This document shows positions 38,561 through 53,206 of a DNA stretch of 64,000 nt, in pieces; position 1 is the stretch's first letter; every line of letters begins with the position of its first letter. The notes beneath the pieces are model-generated. The model saw only the letters and a program-made list of their open reading frames with translations, ran no database searches and was not told the origin of the DNA. The DNA is from the human T2T-CHM13v2.0 reference genome, Homo sapiens, in the NCBI RefSeq assembly GCF_009914755.1, contig NC_060938.1; one strand, given 5' to 3'. Position numbers and translations under genes: made by a program.

Positions 38561-41317
38561 CTAGAAGTTTGCAACAGAAGGAAATTTGGGTTCATTACAT
38601 CTGAGAAACCCAAGGCTCAGAGGTTAGTTACTTGCCCGGGGTCACATAGTTATTTTGTGACAGATGTTAAACTATGACAGTTTGTGCTCTTGTGTGCAAG
38701 GCTGAATTAACTGGAGACAGGGTATGCTGACATAAGCCTGCAGGTACCATGCGCTTTTATCATCACTGTCATTCATAAACTAGTCTTGAAAAGATGGGAA
38801 ATGGGGTGGTCTACAGAAGTTTTCAAGCTTTCTTTTCTTATGAAGCATATACATAATTCTGTGTATGGAAACATCATTTTGGCTTGCTCTGGATAAAATG
38901 TCAGTTTCCTTGGAGAAATACGTAGCATCAGTTTATTGGCTACTCAGGCCTCTTGTATAGGGAAAGACAACTTCCTCCAAAACGAATTGGTGGCTCCATG
39001 TCAGGGGAATTAACAAAAGATGCAGGAGATTGAACCAATTATCTCTTTCCTTCTTCTCCTCCCAGGTAGTGCCCTCCACCTCCTGTCACTCGAGAGGGAA
39101 ATCTGTCCACAATCTTCCTGGGAAAGAGATTCTACCACTTTCTTTTTCATTGCTGACAAAATAGTAAGGAAGATGAGAAGGTCATATCTGGTACCATTTC
39201 ATTCTTCCAACTAGAAAAGCTCCTCTGGTAAATGTCTTGAGGCTAACTGGGACATGCGCATCAAAGAGAATTTGGCTAACCTGAAATGTCATATTTCATG
39301 GGGAGTTCAACAGGGCCATTTATCACAACTGACCCCATCAGAGAAGGACCAACCATCCTTAGTAGACCCAGGGTTGCAAAATGCCACCACATTTGGCCAT
39401 AAAATTTATCATGTCAGGAGATCTATAGTCAACACTAGGCACTGTGAAATATGGCAGTACTGCTGGGATATTTATCTTGGTTGGACCTGACAGATTAGCC
39501 CTGCATTTCCACTTAGTCCACATTCCTACCCCAGTGCAATCTATTATGACCCATCATGGCAATCTGCTTGGAAACATGACTTGCAGCATCAATAAGCTAG
39601 ATGCGTACAGGAAGAGCCCACATAAATGCACATATTTGTGGAGTGCTCCTCTTAAAATGCTGAAAAATTATTCAGTGACTTTCTTCTTTTCTGGTAATTA
39701 TTTTAAGAAAAGTAACACATTAAAAGGGGATTTGGACTCTTTACAAATTAATGCTGTTGGAGACATGTTTACCTTTCGGTTTCTTTTTTTCATTTCACAG
39801 AAAAGATGCAAAAGTGACAGACATGGTGAAATTCCTCTTTCATTCCTGAGTCTCTCCTTGGGCAGGATTGTGAAGGAGGCAAAACTGATTATCAATGCTT
39901 CTGTCTTACAGCTCTCTACTTCTGCTGGTGTGGTGCCTTGCCGTCCTTGTGTTCTTGGCATCTCTGCACTATCTACCTTTTCCTAAGCTCTGCTCAAGGG
40001 ACAGTCACTTACCCTACTACATTGTAAGGGATGGATATAGCTTCATAATCCCCTGTGTGTTTTTATTTTAATAAATACAGTAGATATAAAATCATTTAAA
40101 TAGAAGAATTTTGGAATTCCAGTCCTTATCTTCTTCCTGGTAGTAACAGTGATCAGATAGGAGGTCTATCAGTTTACCCCAGAGCACGGCAGCTTGCATG
40201 CTAGGAATATTTCAGGGGAAACTCCAGACGTGGGTGTTATGAATTTTGGGTTTGAGCCCTATCTTTATGATTTGTTCTGATTGATCTTGGGCAAGTCCTG
40301 AAACCTCTGAGAGTCTTAGATTTGTGAAACATTTGGATAAGTAAAAACAACTCTTTCTTAGGATTGATGTGAAGATTAAATAGAATTTTATACATCTCTG
40401 TGTAAATAGACACAGATATATATGTTTTCATAAATTGAAGAGCATAATATAAATTTTTTTTTGTAGAGGCAGCAGAGAAAGCTGGATTTGCAGTCAGAAT
40501 TTTTGTGTAAAACTCATTTTTCAATGACTAGTTGGACTGTAGGACTCACATCCTTTAAATAACTTTCCCAGTGACTATAGCACTAAGAAAAGAATACCAT
40601 CTTCTCCAGCGGAAGATCCTGGTCAAAGATGATCATTCCTTGAGCATGTGGCTTGTATCTCCATCCATGACATTTATTTTATTCTGCCTTTTCTTAGAGT
40701 TGTGTACCTCTGTTTCTTCTTTGAGTGAAATCTTTATAGAGATTTAATTTCATTTATTTCTGTATTTCCCATAAGGTGAACTATATGTGATTGAATAGTA
40801 GGTACTTAACAAACATTTGCTAACTGAATAATAGCATGTTGGCTGTTGTGCATTTGAGGAATGTTATACATGTAAAAAAGCCAAAACAGAGACGATGCAA
40901 TTTTCTTTGTTTTGATTCATATTTTCTGCCAGGCAGTAACATCTGGATTGAGACCCATTTTTATGAAAATTTATAGCTAAATAAAACAGGGTTGGAACTG
41001 CAGGCTTGTAGGAAAGTGGTTACTCTTTGAACATAGTTCAAAATTCTTGAACATAGTTGCATTTAGCCCTGGCTCTGAAAGGATTTTAACTTCTCTGTTC
41101 CTTTCCTTTCAGCCCATTTAACGTTAACACTGGCAAACAGAGAAGAAAGTTATGACGGGAAAGGAATTTATTAAGTGTGCACATTAGCTCCTTTATTTCA
41201 CAGAAGTAGAAACTGAGGCTCACAGCCTTTAAGCGATTGCCCAAACTTGTACTATCATTTTACAGTGATCCAGGAGTAGAACCTGAGTTCTAGTTTGGTC
41301 TGGCATCTGTTCTCTAG

Positions 41318-41680
<363 letters not shown>

Positions 41681-42213
41681 GTAAACTGTGACACAATCTC
41701 TGTGAAGTAATTGAAATAAAGGTACATTTTCCCACACAAAACTTGGAGTGAGTCCTTGCTTCTCAAACTAGTGTTTATATGCACCCTGCAGAACTCCCTG
41801 AGGCCACTGTTTAAACATCTTACATTTTCCTGGGAGTATGTTTTTTTTCCAAAAGATTTTTTTGGGGCTGAAAACTACTATTTTCATACTATAACAAACA
41901 TAAATTTAAAAGAATTACTAGGATAAAGCTAGAGAAATTTTGTATTTGTAGGATCCTATACCCCTAGACATGCATAGATTCCCACCCCGTTTTGCTATAA
42001 GCAATATTTTGGTGGAAGAGTCTCAGAAGTACTGGGCTAGGTCATACCTTTGTTACATGGTTTGACCTTGCTAGGCAGAAACCTAAGCCACAGGTAAAAA
42101 TAGTCTATCTTTGCTATTTTTAACTCTTTTACAATCTGACCTTTGCCGCAGCCATTCTTCAGAAATGGCTCTGTAGGTGGCTGCTAAGGAGAGAACCTTA
42201 CTACTAAATCCAG

Positions 42214-42289
42214 TCCTTCCTTCCCTCCCTCCCTTCCTTCCTTCCTTCCTCCCTTTCTCCCTTTCTCCTTTCCTCCGTCCCTTCCTTCC
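42214..42289. repeat. CCTT/CT-rich low-complexity tract beyond the pseudogene poly(A)
   Basis: Read directly. Confidence 0.85.
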
Positions 42290-42290
42290 A

Positions 42291-43027
42291 TTTTTTTTTC
42301 TAACAATAGAGGGCTTTTATTGCATATAAAAAATATCACAAATAGGTCTTAGAAATCATCCAGCATCTTCTCGTTTCCATAGCTGGATAACTCTTAGACC
42401 TTATTCATCAGACAGCGGAACTGTTCCTTTCTTAGAGACATAGATACCATCCAACAATTTTTTGGTATCCTTGTTTTTAACTGCTGTAACTTGCTAAATC
42501 AAAGAAGCTGAATTTGGTACAAGTTTACTGTTATTAGCTTCAAAAATGAACTCCTCTTTCTGGGCTTGACATACTGATGGAACAAGCCACACTTGGCCTC
42601 ATCTGAACCTTGCAGATGTATTTTTCACTTAAGAAATTTCTAATGTCAACAAGAGACCCATTCTCCTGAATGACAATGCTGAGTAGGAAGTAAGCATACA
42701 CAGACTTCATCCTGTAGCATACACAGACTTCATCTTGTAATGGAAGCCTAGTGTAATGTTCTGGATCCTGTTCTGTACATGACTATGGATAGTGTGAACC
42801 AGAGCAAATTCCTGTCTTATTTCTCCACTGTGCCAACTTGAAGCCTCTGTTTTCTTTCCAAGTAGACCGAGTTCTACATTAATATGAGTGAAGTCTCTCT
42901 GCAGAGTTCCTCTGGGGCCCTTCGTAACTGTGAGTCCATTCAGAGTGATATTGACATTTTCTGGAATGTTTAATCTGATTCCTGAGAATGGTCTTCATTC
43001 TCATGTAGAAGCAGCAAAGACAGAATG
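42291..43027 (-). pseudogene. RPL9: Processed ribosomal protein L9 pseudogene
   Basis: Minus strand: pyrimidine-rich 5'UTR, ATG at 42998 ([37 protein letters not shown], later [32 protein letters not shown]), stop at 42401, RPL9-like 3'UTR, AATAAA ~42316-42321, poly(A); intronless with frameshifts and stops. Confidence 0.96.
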
Positions 43028-43172
43028 TCTTAATTCTTTTTTGACCTCTCTACTGTATTTGACACTGCTGACTCGCTCTTCTTTGAAGACGTGCTTGCGT
43101 CTTTTGGCTTCACAAGGGTTCATTCTCTTTCTTTGTGTCCAGATGCTGGAAGAAGACTTTTCATGCTATTCT

Positions 43173-43460
43173 TAGAGACAGGGTCTCACTCTGTCACCCA
43201 GGCTGGAGAGCAGGGGCGCAATCAGAACTCACTGCAGCCTCCAACTCCTGGGCTCAAGCAATCCTCCCACCTCCACCTCCTGAGTAACTGGAACTACAGG
43301 TACACACTACTACATTTGGTTATTATTATTTTTTCTTTTTTTGTAGAGATTGGGTCTTGCTATGTTTCCTGGGCTGGTCTTGGACTTCTGGCCTCAAGTG
43401 ATTCTGCTGCCTCAACCTCCCAAAGTGCCGGGATTATAGGCATGAGCCACTGTACCTGGC
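43173..43460 (-). mobile_element. AluJ, tail eroded
   Basis: gagacagggtctcactctgtcacccaggc...actgcagcctccaactcctgggctcaagcaatcctcccacc...gagccactgtacctggcc. Confidence 0.93.
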
Positions 43461-44471
43461 CATGCCTTGTTTTTTAAGGTGCTTTTTCTTTCCTGTTTCT
43501 TTGAGCTCCATATTCACATACACAACTGAGTTCTGCACAGTTTCTCTTAGAACTTGCAAAGACATTTTAAACTCAGTAATTGAACAAACACATTCTTTTC
43601 CCCCCTTTCACCACCATACCCCCTTGTTTTCTGGACTATATTATTCTGGCCCTAAATTACTATTTCTCTATTGGTTCCTATTTTGTGGTGTAAGTAACCA
43701 GTGCCCAGCCAGGTATCTGAGCATTTATCTGCACTTTTCCTTGCCTCTCACTCTCCTCATTCATGCCATCATCATGAACTACCTTCTAAATATTTTTCAA
43801 AGCCATTTGCCATAACCACAACAACTACCCCCCATGTTCAGACTATTATCTTTTACCTTGTTCCCTTCAGCAACCTTTTCATTTATTTCAGTCTCAGGTC
43901 TTGCTCTCTTCATAAATGTAGGATTGGGAAGAAGAAAATTTTCTAGGAACTGTTGGAAATGTAATAAAACTGTCAAAAGTGTTAAATCTCAGTCTACTGT
44001 TTTGTGACAGTTTGTTAAGAAAGTAACTTAAAAAAAATCCAGGTAGGAAACACAAAGAAAAAAATACAGACATTTTGATATATTAACTGATAATGGCACT
44101 TTAATTATACCACCCTGTGAAGACAAAGATAATTATCAAATCCAAGTCATCTATGTATCCATAAAATCTTAAGCACACCCTGTCTATTCTCAATTACACT
44201 ATGCTCTTCAAATCCAGAGGGAATCTTTCTAATGTGCAAACCATATCTGATCCCCTGCCCTACACCCTTCAGTGGCTCCCCATTGCCCTCAGAAAAAAAT
44301 TCTAAATGTCTTAATTTGGCTTACAAAGGGCTACATGATTTGGTTCCCACTTGTTCTTTATCCTCATAACCCCTTCCTGCTCTAGCTCAGACAAATGCCT
44401 CTCAGTTTCTCAAATCCACCATGCTCCTTGCTTCCCTCCACATTCCTCCTTCAGAATTTGATTGGTTAAAG

Positions 44472-44684
44472 CAGTGTTTTGCTGGTAAATATTTAACAAC
44501 TGCCTTTGGGAGAGGGGAAGAAGAGGACCCCAGATTTGCAGCATTTGATGGTTTTCATGGCATAAACATTCTCACCATGACTTTTATCAAGCTACCCATG
44601 TGATGTCATTGCACACAAAATTGGGAAGAAATTTGCACAATGGGTCCTAGAGAGCGGGTGTGTGCTGGCTTCAGTACACCACTG
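44472..44684 (+). mobile_element. MER63A (hAT-Blackjack) DNA transposon
   Basis: TIRs cagtgttttgctgg / tcagtacaccactg; 8-bp TSD ggttaaag/ggttaaat. Confidence 0.88.
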
Positions 44685-44989
44685 GGTTAAATCCTATAAA
44701 TCCTTTAGATTTTGGCTCATCTGTCTACTTCCCTGATGAGGCTTTCTTGATCATGATCATGCCATATGCTTCCATTGCTCCCTGGAATCAGGAAGTCTGT
44801 TTGCACGCTCATCACATGAGATTGTGATTTCTTGTGCATGTCTTGGACTTTACTGCAAGATGGTAAGCTCCTTAGAGGCAGGGATTGTGTCTTGTTGACC
44901 ACTGTCTCTCCAGAACCTTCCAGAGTGCCTAACACATAGTAGTTCTTCAATAAGTATTTGTTGACTAAATGAATGAACAAGTAAAAACC

Positions 44990-45245
44990 AATAACAATAA
45001 CTGAGAACAAGTGCTTACTTTGTGCCAGCTATGGTACTAATTAAGTGGTATGCATTACCTTATTTAATTGTCCTCAAAACCATATGGTAGAGTTATTTGG
45101 TTATCGTCATGTTACAGGTAAGAACGACTGAGGATTAAGGCAGCTACATAACCTGCCCAAAGTCAGTCAGAAAATAGTGGAGCCATATACAAATTCACGC
45201 AGCATCATTCAACCCTGAACACTTATCCTCTAGGTTATACTGACT
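44990..45245 (-). mobile_element. MIR SINE
   Basis: gtgcttactttgtgccag...ttacaggtaagaacgactgagg...aacctgcccaaagtca. Confidence 0.65.
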
Positions 45246-45804
45246 TCTTTCACTTCAGGTTGAATAAAGCTAGCCCTTTTTGACTAGTTGGCTTCTGTAA
45301 GGAAGATTCAACATCTAAGTCACTTTTAATCAGGGTTCCTAACAGGGACAGACTCACTCAAATGCTGTCACTGACATATTAAATTAGTGCAAAAGTAATG
45401 GTAAGTAATTGGCAATAGGGCCCCTTAAAGTATTCATTTACTTTTAATCGGTAATTCCAGTTCTCAGAAAATAATCAGAACTATGGACAACTCTTTGGGG
45501 CCAAAATATTATTCTTAATCGTTTAAAACATAACTATTTTACTTTAGCATAGTTTTAGATTTACAGAAATATTACAAAGATAGTATAGAAAATTTCCATA
45601 TGTACTACATCCATTTTCCCCTAATATAAATATTGATAAGGTCCATTTGTCCCAGTGAATGAACCAACATTGATGGTAACTAAAATGCATACCGTATTCA
45701 GATTTCCTTAGTTATTACCTAATGACATTTTATTGCTCCAGGATCCTATCTAGGTTATCATTACATATAGTCATCATGTCTTTTTAGGTTCTTCTAAGAT
45801 GTGA

Positions 45805-46168
<364 letters not shown>

Positions 46169-47179
46169 TACTGCTCACATGTTTTATAGGATGTCCCTTT
46201 ATTGAAATTTTTCTGAGTTTTAAAAATGTGATTAGATTGAACTTGTGGGTTTTGGAAGGAAGACCACAGAGATAAAGTGCCATTATCATCACATCTTTTC
46301 AAGGGTACTTACTATTAACATGGCATCACTGTTGAGTTTGACCTTGATCACCTGGTTGAGGTAGTGTTTATCATGTTTCTCTACTGTCAAGTTACTCTTT
46401 TCTTTCCCCTTCTCCCAGTGTACTCTTTGGAAGAAAGTCACTGAAAGTAGTTCCCATTTAAGAATTAGAAAATTAATTGTCAAATGTAAGGGCAGAATAG
46501 TTACATAAATTACTTGGAATATTTCTTTATGGAAGATATATCTATTTTTCTCCTATTAAATTTATTTAACATTTATTTATAATAGTATAGATGCATAGAT
46601 AGTTATTTTATGTTTTGAGCTAAAAATCCAATACTACTTTATTTTGTTAGTTAAATTGTTTCAGCTTTGACTTCTGAAAGCTCTTTTAGTTGATGTCTGT
46701 GTCATTTTGACATATCTTATCATTGTATTTTTTAAAGCTCTTTCTTTGTGGTATGACTGTATGCTCCAGGGTCATCTTGTGTATTTCTTGCCCCAGTCCT
46801 AGATTCAGCAATTCATCCAAGGAGCCCTTGTCCTTTTATTGAAGAATAGTATTAGAAACCAAGATTTGGGCACTAAGTGGGCTTATTGCTACTAAATGTC
46901 AGTGTTTCTAGGTTCTTTCAGTTGACAGAGCAAGGAAATATATGTGTATATACTAACCCCTGATCATATGCATAACTATAAATAATAAATATGTAACCAT
47001 CTGTATCTGCATTAAGCTAAATTTGAGTTCATGCTGATGTCTTTAATCTATTGCTTCATGGATCATTTTAGTTTACACCTCTGGTTTATTTGTAACCTTA
47101 TACTTTAACAGTGAGAAACCTGATTCTCATCATTCACTATGTATTTATTTAATTTCTTCAATTCCAATATATATATATA

Positions 47180-47659
47180 TGCCAGGTCAGACCTGCAGAC
47201 CCTGAACCAGCGACAGATGAAAGACGTGCACTGACACAGATATTTTGCCTGTCAGTGTGGCTACGGGTCTCTGCTGCCTGCATCCGCAGCTTTGGCCTCA
47301 ATTAGCCGGCGAAGTTTGCATTTATTTAGTACAGATTAAATGACAAAGGTCTCAGGTAAACACCACTAGAGGGTAATTAACATTGCCGACCTCATGAGTA
47401 GAGAGCAATCATGGGCCCACAGATGATCAAAGGTCAGTCTTAGGACCACATGAGTAAACAAGCTATTTAGATAAACTCCCCCACATTCCCTTGTTATTTG
47501 CTCTTCTGCTATCAACTCAAGGTAAAGAGGATTAGGCTGCCTTCAGCCAAATCTTTTACTGAAGCTATGCAAACCTCCTGGCCTTCCAAGAAGGTTTGTG
47601 TCTATTTTCTGTAACTTTATCCTCATAATTTCTCCCACCACCCTGACCGATCCCCTACA
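47180..47659 (-). mobile_element. LTR22 (HERV-K HML-5) solo LTR
   Basis: Minus strand starts tgtaggggatcggtcagggtggtgggagaaattatg; TG..CA termini; near-TSD tatata/tatgta. Confidence 0.85.
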
Positions 47660-49359
47660 TATGTATAGTGGTTTTAGAATTGTCAATTCACAATCCCCAG
47701 AGACAGTTTTATCAGTGAGAGTAGAATGCTTTTGTGTATTTTCTTTTGACTTCAGTCTTACAAGGTATTTAGGTCATTTCTAATTATTTAGGTCAGAACC
47801 TTTCCCCCTACCTATTAGCAAATATACATTATGAATTTAAGATTCATCCATGTCTTTTCAATGACCTTGATATCTGATTCCTTTCATTGCTGTGTAGTGT
47901 TATATTCTATAGATGTACCATAGTTTATCCACTCACTTATTGAAGGACATCTTAGTTGCTTCCAGGTTTGGTGATCATAAATTCCCAGTGGTTTTTAAAA
48001 AATCATTGTGAATCATTGGAAAGAACAAAAATATTTAACATTGAGCTATTTAACACAATATTACACCCATAACATGATGTATTAAGAGAGTTTTTAATGG
48101 CAATGGAAAAACAAATGTAGGACATAAAACTTGTATATTTAATATGTTCTCAATTACATAAAACATGAATATGTATCTATATCTGGAAGGATATACAGCA
48201 CAATGTTCATGGAAGTTATCTTTGGGGATTTAAATAATGGGTAATAGTTACTCCTTAAATTGTTTTCCACAGTTTTCACACAGGGGAATTAGGACTTTCA
48301 CAATGAGGAAAAAACAAGCCCAAATTATTTCTAAATCATGAATCATGCTCTAGGTTTGGTAGGGAATTGCAGTTACACATATTCAGGGAAATCTTTGGAA
48401 TTTTCCTACACTTCTCTCCATGTCTTGCAGGTTGTTTTTCTGCATCAGTTCTTCTATGCTCCAGGTTAATTTTTATTCTTCTGGCTCTCTAAAAACTCTA
48501 AGGGTTTTTATGCAACTTTGTTTTCCCTTCACACCTTCCTCTCCAACTCTCATTAAAACCATGATGAATATTACCAGTCAGACTCTCTCCTTTTCCCAAT
48601 AGCAGCAATACATTTGACCTATGTGGTAGTTAGAACCCTCATTTCCTAGAATAACTTACATACCATATTTGTAAGTAAGATTCTTCACATTCTCTTGGCA
48701 CTGGGTGTCATAGAACTTCTGATCCATTATGTTTTTAGGTATTTTTGATGACTACTTTTGTAGTGATGGGTGGAGAACACAATTTCTACTATCCCATGGA
48801 AACAAAAAGGATAAAAATGAATTAAAATGAATACATGGAAACTTAGCATACTACTTTTGAAAGGGTAAATGCTTCAGTCACTTCAGCCAGCTATATTTTC
48901 CTGTCAAGGCAAAACTAATGAAGAAAATTCATCATGGGTATATAGCTGGATGATTACAAGATTAACAGAAAGTGCAGGCTCTCAATTCTTGCACTTTTTA
49001 AGGAACTTTTAAATTTCTGTTTGAAATAAGTTTGGTATAGCATTCATTTCCATGGAACATTGCAAAACTATTTAGACAAACCTTATTTCTTATTGTAATA
49101 TTTATACAAACCTTATTTCTTTTGTAATATTAAAATTTCATTATGTCTTCACCAGATATTAAAACTTTAATTTTAAGATTTCTTCCCTCTTTGTGCTAGA
49201 GACACTGGGAAAAAATTTTTACATTAATTTTAACTTGCCAGCCTAACCACCTTGGAACTTCTACAATCGATGAAAATAGATACATACAGATGCTCTCAAC
49301 ACCTGGGCTCTGCTCTCAGCAGATTCATTTTGAAAGAACCACTTTGAAATGGAGAGAGA

Positions 49360-49682
<323 letters not shown>

Positions 49683-51919
49683 GAAATGGAGAGAGAACCA
49701 CATGCCAATAGGGCATAAAATGATTCTTGCCAATTTCTGACTCAGCAGTGATTTTCCACAAAGCCTAATTCTTCTGGAAACCATGATTTCAAGCCAATTT
49801 TGGTTGGTTAACATTTTCTGAGCTTCTACTTTGTTACAGACAGTGTGTTAATTGCTGGATTTCACCTGTTGGAAGGTGAAAAAACCTTAGTTAATTATTC
49901 CATTCAAGAAGTTTATTGTCTGGTAAGAGAAGTAGAAACACAAATAGCTCTCTATAAAAGTAGGCAATAAATGATATTCTAGAGATGGGAAACTTGGCTC
50001 TATGATATGCAAAGGAGACAACATCCCAACATGCCTCTAAGTCTTTCTTCTGTATATATTTTTTGAAGTTTCATGGAAGAAGAAAACTATTCTGTTGTTT
50101 CCAGTTCAAAGCTGAACTTTTGGGCATAGGTCATTGCCAGTATTTTAACCATGTGTCAGAAGTCAATTTGTCAATGTCGTGGCCACCGTTTCTGAGGAAT
50201 TAAAGGCACTGGAAAGGATTCCATAGAGCCATTACCAACTTCGCCATTACCAAATAATTACTATGCTTGTCCATAATAATTCTTTAATTTTATATCATTT
50301 CTGGTTGATAGAGATGATCTTGGAATGACATGGATGATTTGAGGACTGCTAAGCATTTGAGTAATTTTATAACTAAATGCTGAGAAGTCCTTAACAAACA
50401 TTATAAATTGCTTTTGAAGAATGACATCTACTCTTCGGAGTCTGGAGCAGAGACTTAAATTTGTTAGAAGGAAAGGGAGAGAACTACCTTAAGTAATGAG
50501 GCTGGTTCATGCTTCACAGAACAAACTCCCCCACCCCAGGCATGCACCTTTGGACATCTGGGTTATGCTTAGAAGTTCAAAAACAAAGTACAATGGGAAA
50601 ACGCTGTCTATACATTACTACACATACATGTTCAGAAATACTTGAAGTGAAAGACTGATGCACAGTAGTTTTAGAGACATCTTCTATTGGCCACAGAAGG
50701 CCAGGACTTAGGTCAGCAGGTAGAAATGATTCAGCAATATCAATAGGTAGAGGCTTATGTAAGAAAGATGCTCAATAGGCATAAATGCACCTCTAGGTAT
50801 ATTATGGGCGTATCCAATTTCCCACCTACAATTTTCATATAACATGTTTCCATTGATATACATTAATAGACATTATGAATTGCTGTAAGCAAGAAATCCT
50901 ATCATTATTTCAGCTGTGCTTTGACAAGCACTCCCTAACATATAATGCCTCTGCTTTCTAAGAGTTAAAATGAGGGCCACTGTTTGGACTTTATACAAAA
51001 TTTCCTTCCATTAATAATACTGGAGATATGAAAGTGGAAAGTGGAGGTCCTTATTTATTGGATTGATCTACGCATTAGTCTGTACCTCTCTTAAGTTTTG
51101 TTATGCAAATTTAAACATAGCATAAAAGTATAAAGAATATTATTTACAAAAGCTATTCTGTTTAAGTAAATCATAACATTTTGCCATATTTGCTTCAGGT
51201 TTAAAAAAGCTGATTAAACATAATAAGAAAGAGTTGTCTTGGCAAGAAACAAGCTTCCTTACTGCTCATGACATATTCAAAAGCAACCTTTTATTGCTAA
51301 GTTCCTCCAAACTTTGAAATTGGCTTAAGTGAGCTCTCATGATTTGGTTCTGCATTACCTCTCTACTTTCATCATTTTCCAGCTCTGCTTCTTGTTAACC
51401 CCAAATATACTACACTCCAACCATATTGCATTTCTTTCAGTTTCTGGAAGGCACATCTTTCTCACTTCCTCACTTTCTCTCTCTGCCTGGACATTCTCTC
51501 TGCCTGGAATGTCTTCTCATTTGCCTCCCCTCCTGAGCAATTTCTATCGAGATCTTAGTCAGTATATCTTCTGAAAGTTTCATCTGACATCTAAGTCAGG
51601 TGACTTCCTAAGGTTCTTCCTCCAACGGAATGTTTTCTCTTTTCCAAGTCAAATACTGGCTAAAACAGCGAGGATAATAAATATGGTAGATAACACTTAG
51701 TAAAGAAACAAAAATATATGTTTTGGTATTTATAAGCATTTTTGAAAATTTGCTTTTAGTAAGTTTATTTAATAAGCTGAAGACTACTGATCCATTGAAA
51801 GTTACGTGTAATATCAACTTATTTTATAATATTCATGTAACACTTACTGTGCACTACCTTGTATTTGTCTTTCACATACCTGTCTCACATATGTATATAC
51901 ATACATACATAAATGTATG

Positions 51920-52647
51920 TGAAACCACCTTTGCAAAAATGATAACTGAGGAAATTATAACAGTAAACGAGATCAGACCTAATTGACTCCAACTTGCTTC
52001 TAACCTTTAAGCTGTCCTTGTTCATTCTTAGGCACAGGCTGAACTAACTTTGGGAAGGAATCCAGTTCATAGTTTGAAATAAAATTGATAATAGCCCTTT
52101 ACTGAAAAGACCCCCTTCCTGCCTGGGAACCAGTCTGCCTTTGCAGGACTAACAAATTAGTTATAAGATTAGAGAGTATGGATTAGGGGCCATGTAGCCT
52201 CTGATTCCAAGAGTCTGAACCACCCCCCCAAATTGCTCCTGGGGATAACATCACTATTGTAAAACCTAATTTCAGTGCTTGAGATATTTTGCAGACCCTG
52301 CACTGGATGGATCAGCTGACACTACCCAGACGGGTAATCTGGCTCAACCAGTTCTGCCATCCCACCCAGGAACAGAAGACAGCAAGAAAACTTTACTTCA
52401 ACCCCTTATGATTCCATCTCCAACCTGACAAATCAGCACTTCCCACTTCCCAAGCCCCTACCTGCCAAATTATCTTTAAAAACTTCAATCCTTGAATGCT
52501 CGGGGAGACTGATTTCAGTAATAATAAAACTCTGGTCTCCCGCACAGTGGGTCTGCATGATTTACTCTTTCTCCACTGCAATTCCCCTGTCTTGATAAAT
52601 TGGCTCTGTTTAGGCAGCGGGCATGGTGAATCCATTGGGCAGTTACA
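51920..52647 (+). mobile_element. LTR8 (ERV1) solo LTR
   Basis: tgaaaccacctttgcaaaaatgataactgagg...aataataaaactctggtctcccgcacag...ttgggcagttaca; perfect 4-bp TSD tatg. Confidence 0.92.
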
Positions 52648-52662
52648 TATGTATGTTTATAT

Positions 52663-53203
52663 TGTGAGGGGCAAGGCTGTTGGCCTCCTGGAGGTTTGCT
52701 GAAAATCACTTACATGAGAGATTGATTAATAGGAGAAAAAGCATACAAATTTATTTAATGTGTATACATGGGAGGCTTCTGAATAAAGAACTAACCCCTT
52801 AATGGGGTACAAAAGCTCATATACTACCTTGAGGTTACAGAAAAAATTCAGGCTCAGAGCATGGCCAAAACCAGGTTATAGTGGCAAGACAGGTAATGGG
52901 AGGGAGAAAGGACGGGTCTTGGCTAGCGAAGGTGGTCTTGTTAGGTAGATGAAGCCTCATAGGCAATAGCCCTCAGAGAGAATAGATGGTAAATGTTTCT
53001 TTTCAGACCTTTAAAGGGGTCAGACTCTGTTAAGCTCTTCTAGATCTGGGAAAAGCCTAGAAAGGGAAGGCCTTGCTGCGTTAATGGAAATTCTATACAG
53101 ATGCAAATTTATCCTACAAAAGATAGCTTTGCAGGCCCACTTCATTCTGCTGGCTCTATTTCAGCCATTTCAAAATATGTCAAATAAATTTATTTCGCAG
53201 TAA
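52663..53203 (-). mobile_element. MER34-family (MER34B/C-like) ERV1 LTR
   Basis: Antisense of tttgacatattttgaaatggctg...aaatttgcatctgtatagaat...aaagaaacatttaccatctattctctctgagggct. Confidence 0.75.
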
Positions 53204-53204
53204 G

Positions 53205-53206
<2 letters not shown>

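Larger units (their letters stand above)
42125..44980 (+). mobile_element. Long fragmented L2, split by the RPL9 pseudogene, an AluJ and MER63A
   Basis: L2-like caatctgac...ctaaatcc before 42214; ttgacctctctactgtatttgacactgctgac after 43030; 3' end agtgcctaacacatagtag...aataagtatttgttgactaaatgaatgaa. Confidence 0.65.

Noticed and set aside
39444-39986. Longest ORF (180 aa)
   Set aside because: Non-ATG start, no domain, low-complexity codons; compatible with chance in 64 kb
42214-42289. EWS-FLI1-type GGAA microsatellite enhancer
   Set aside because: Only about four consecutive perfect units
50311-50385. C/D-box snoRNA suggested by gatgat...ctga
   Set aside because: No canonical RTGATGA C box or terminal stem in the right geometry; better described as a simple hairpin
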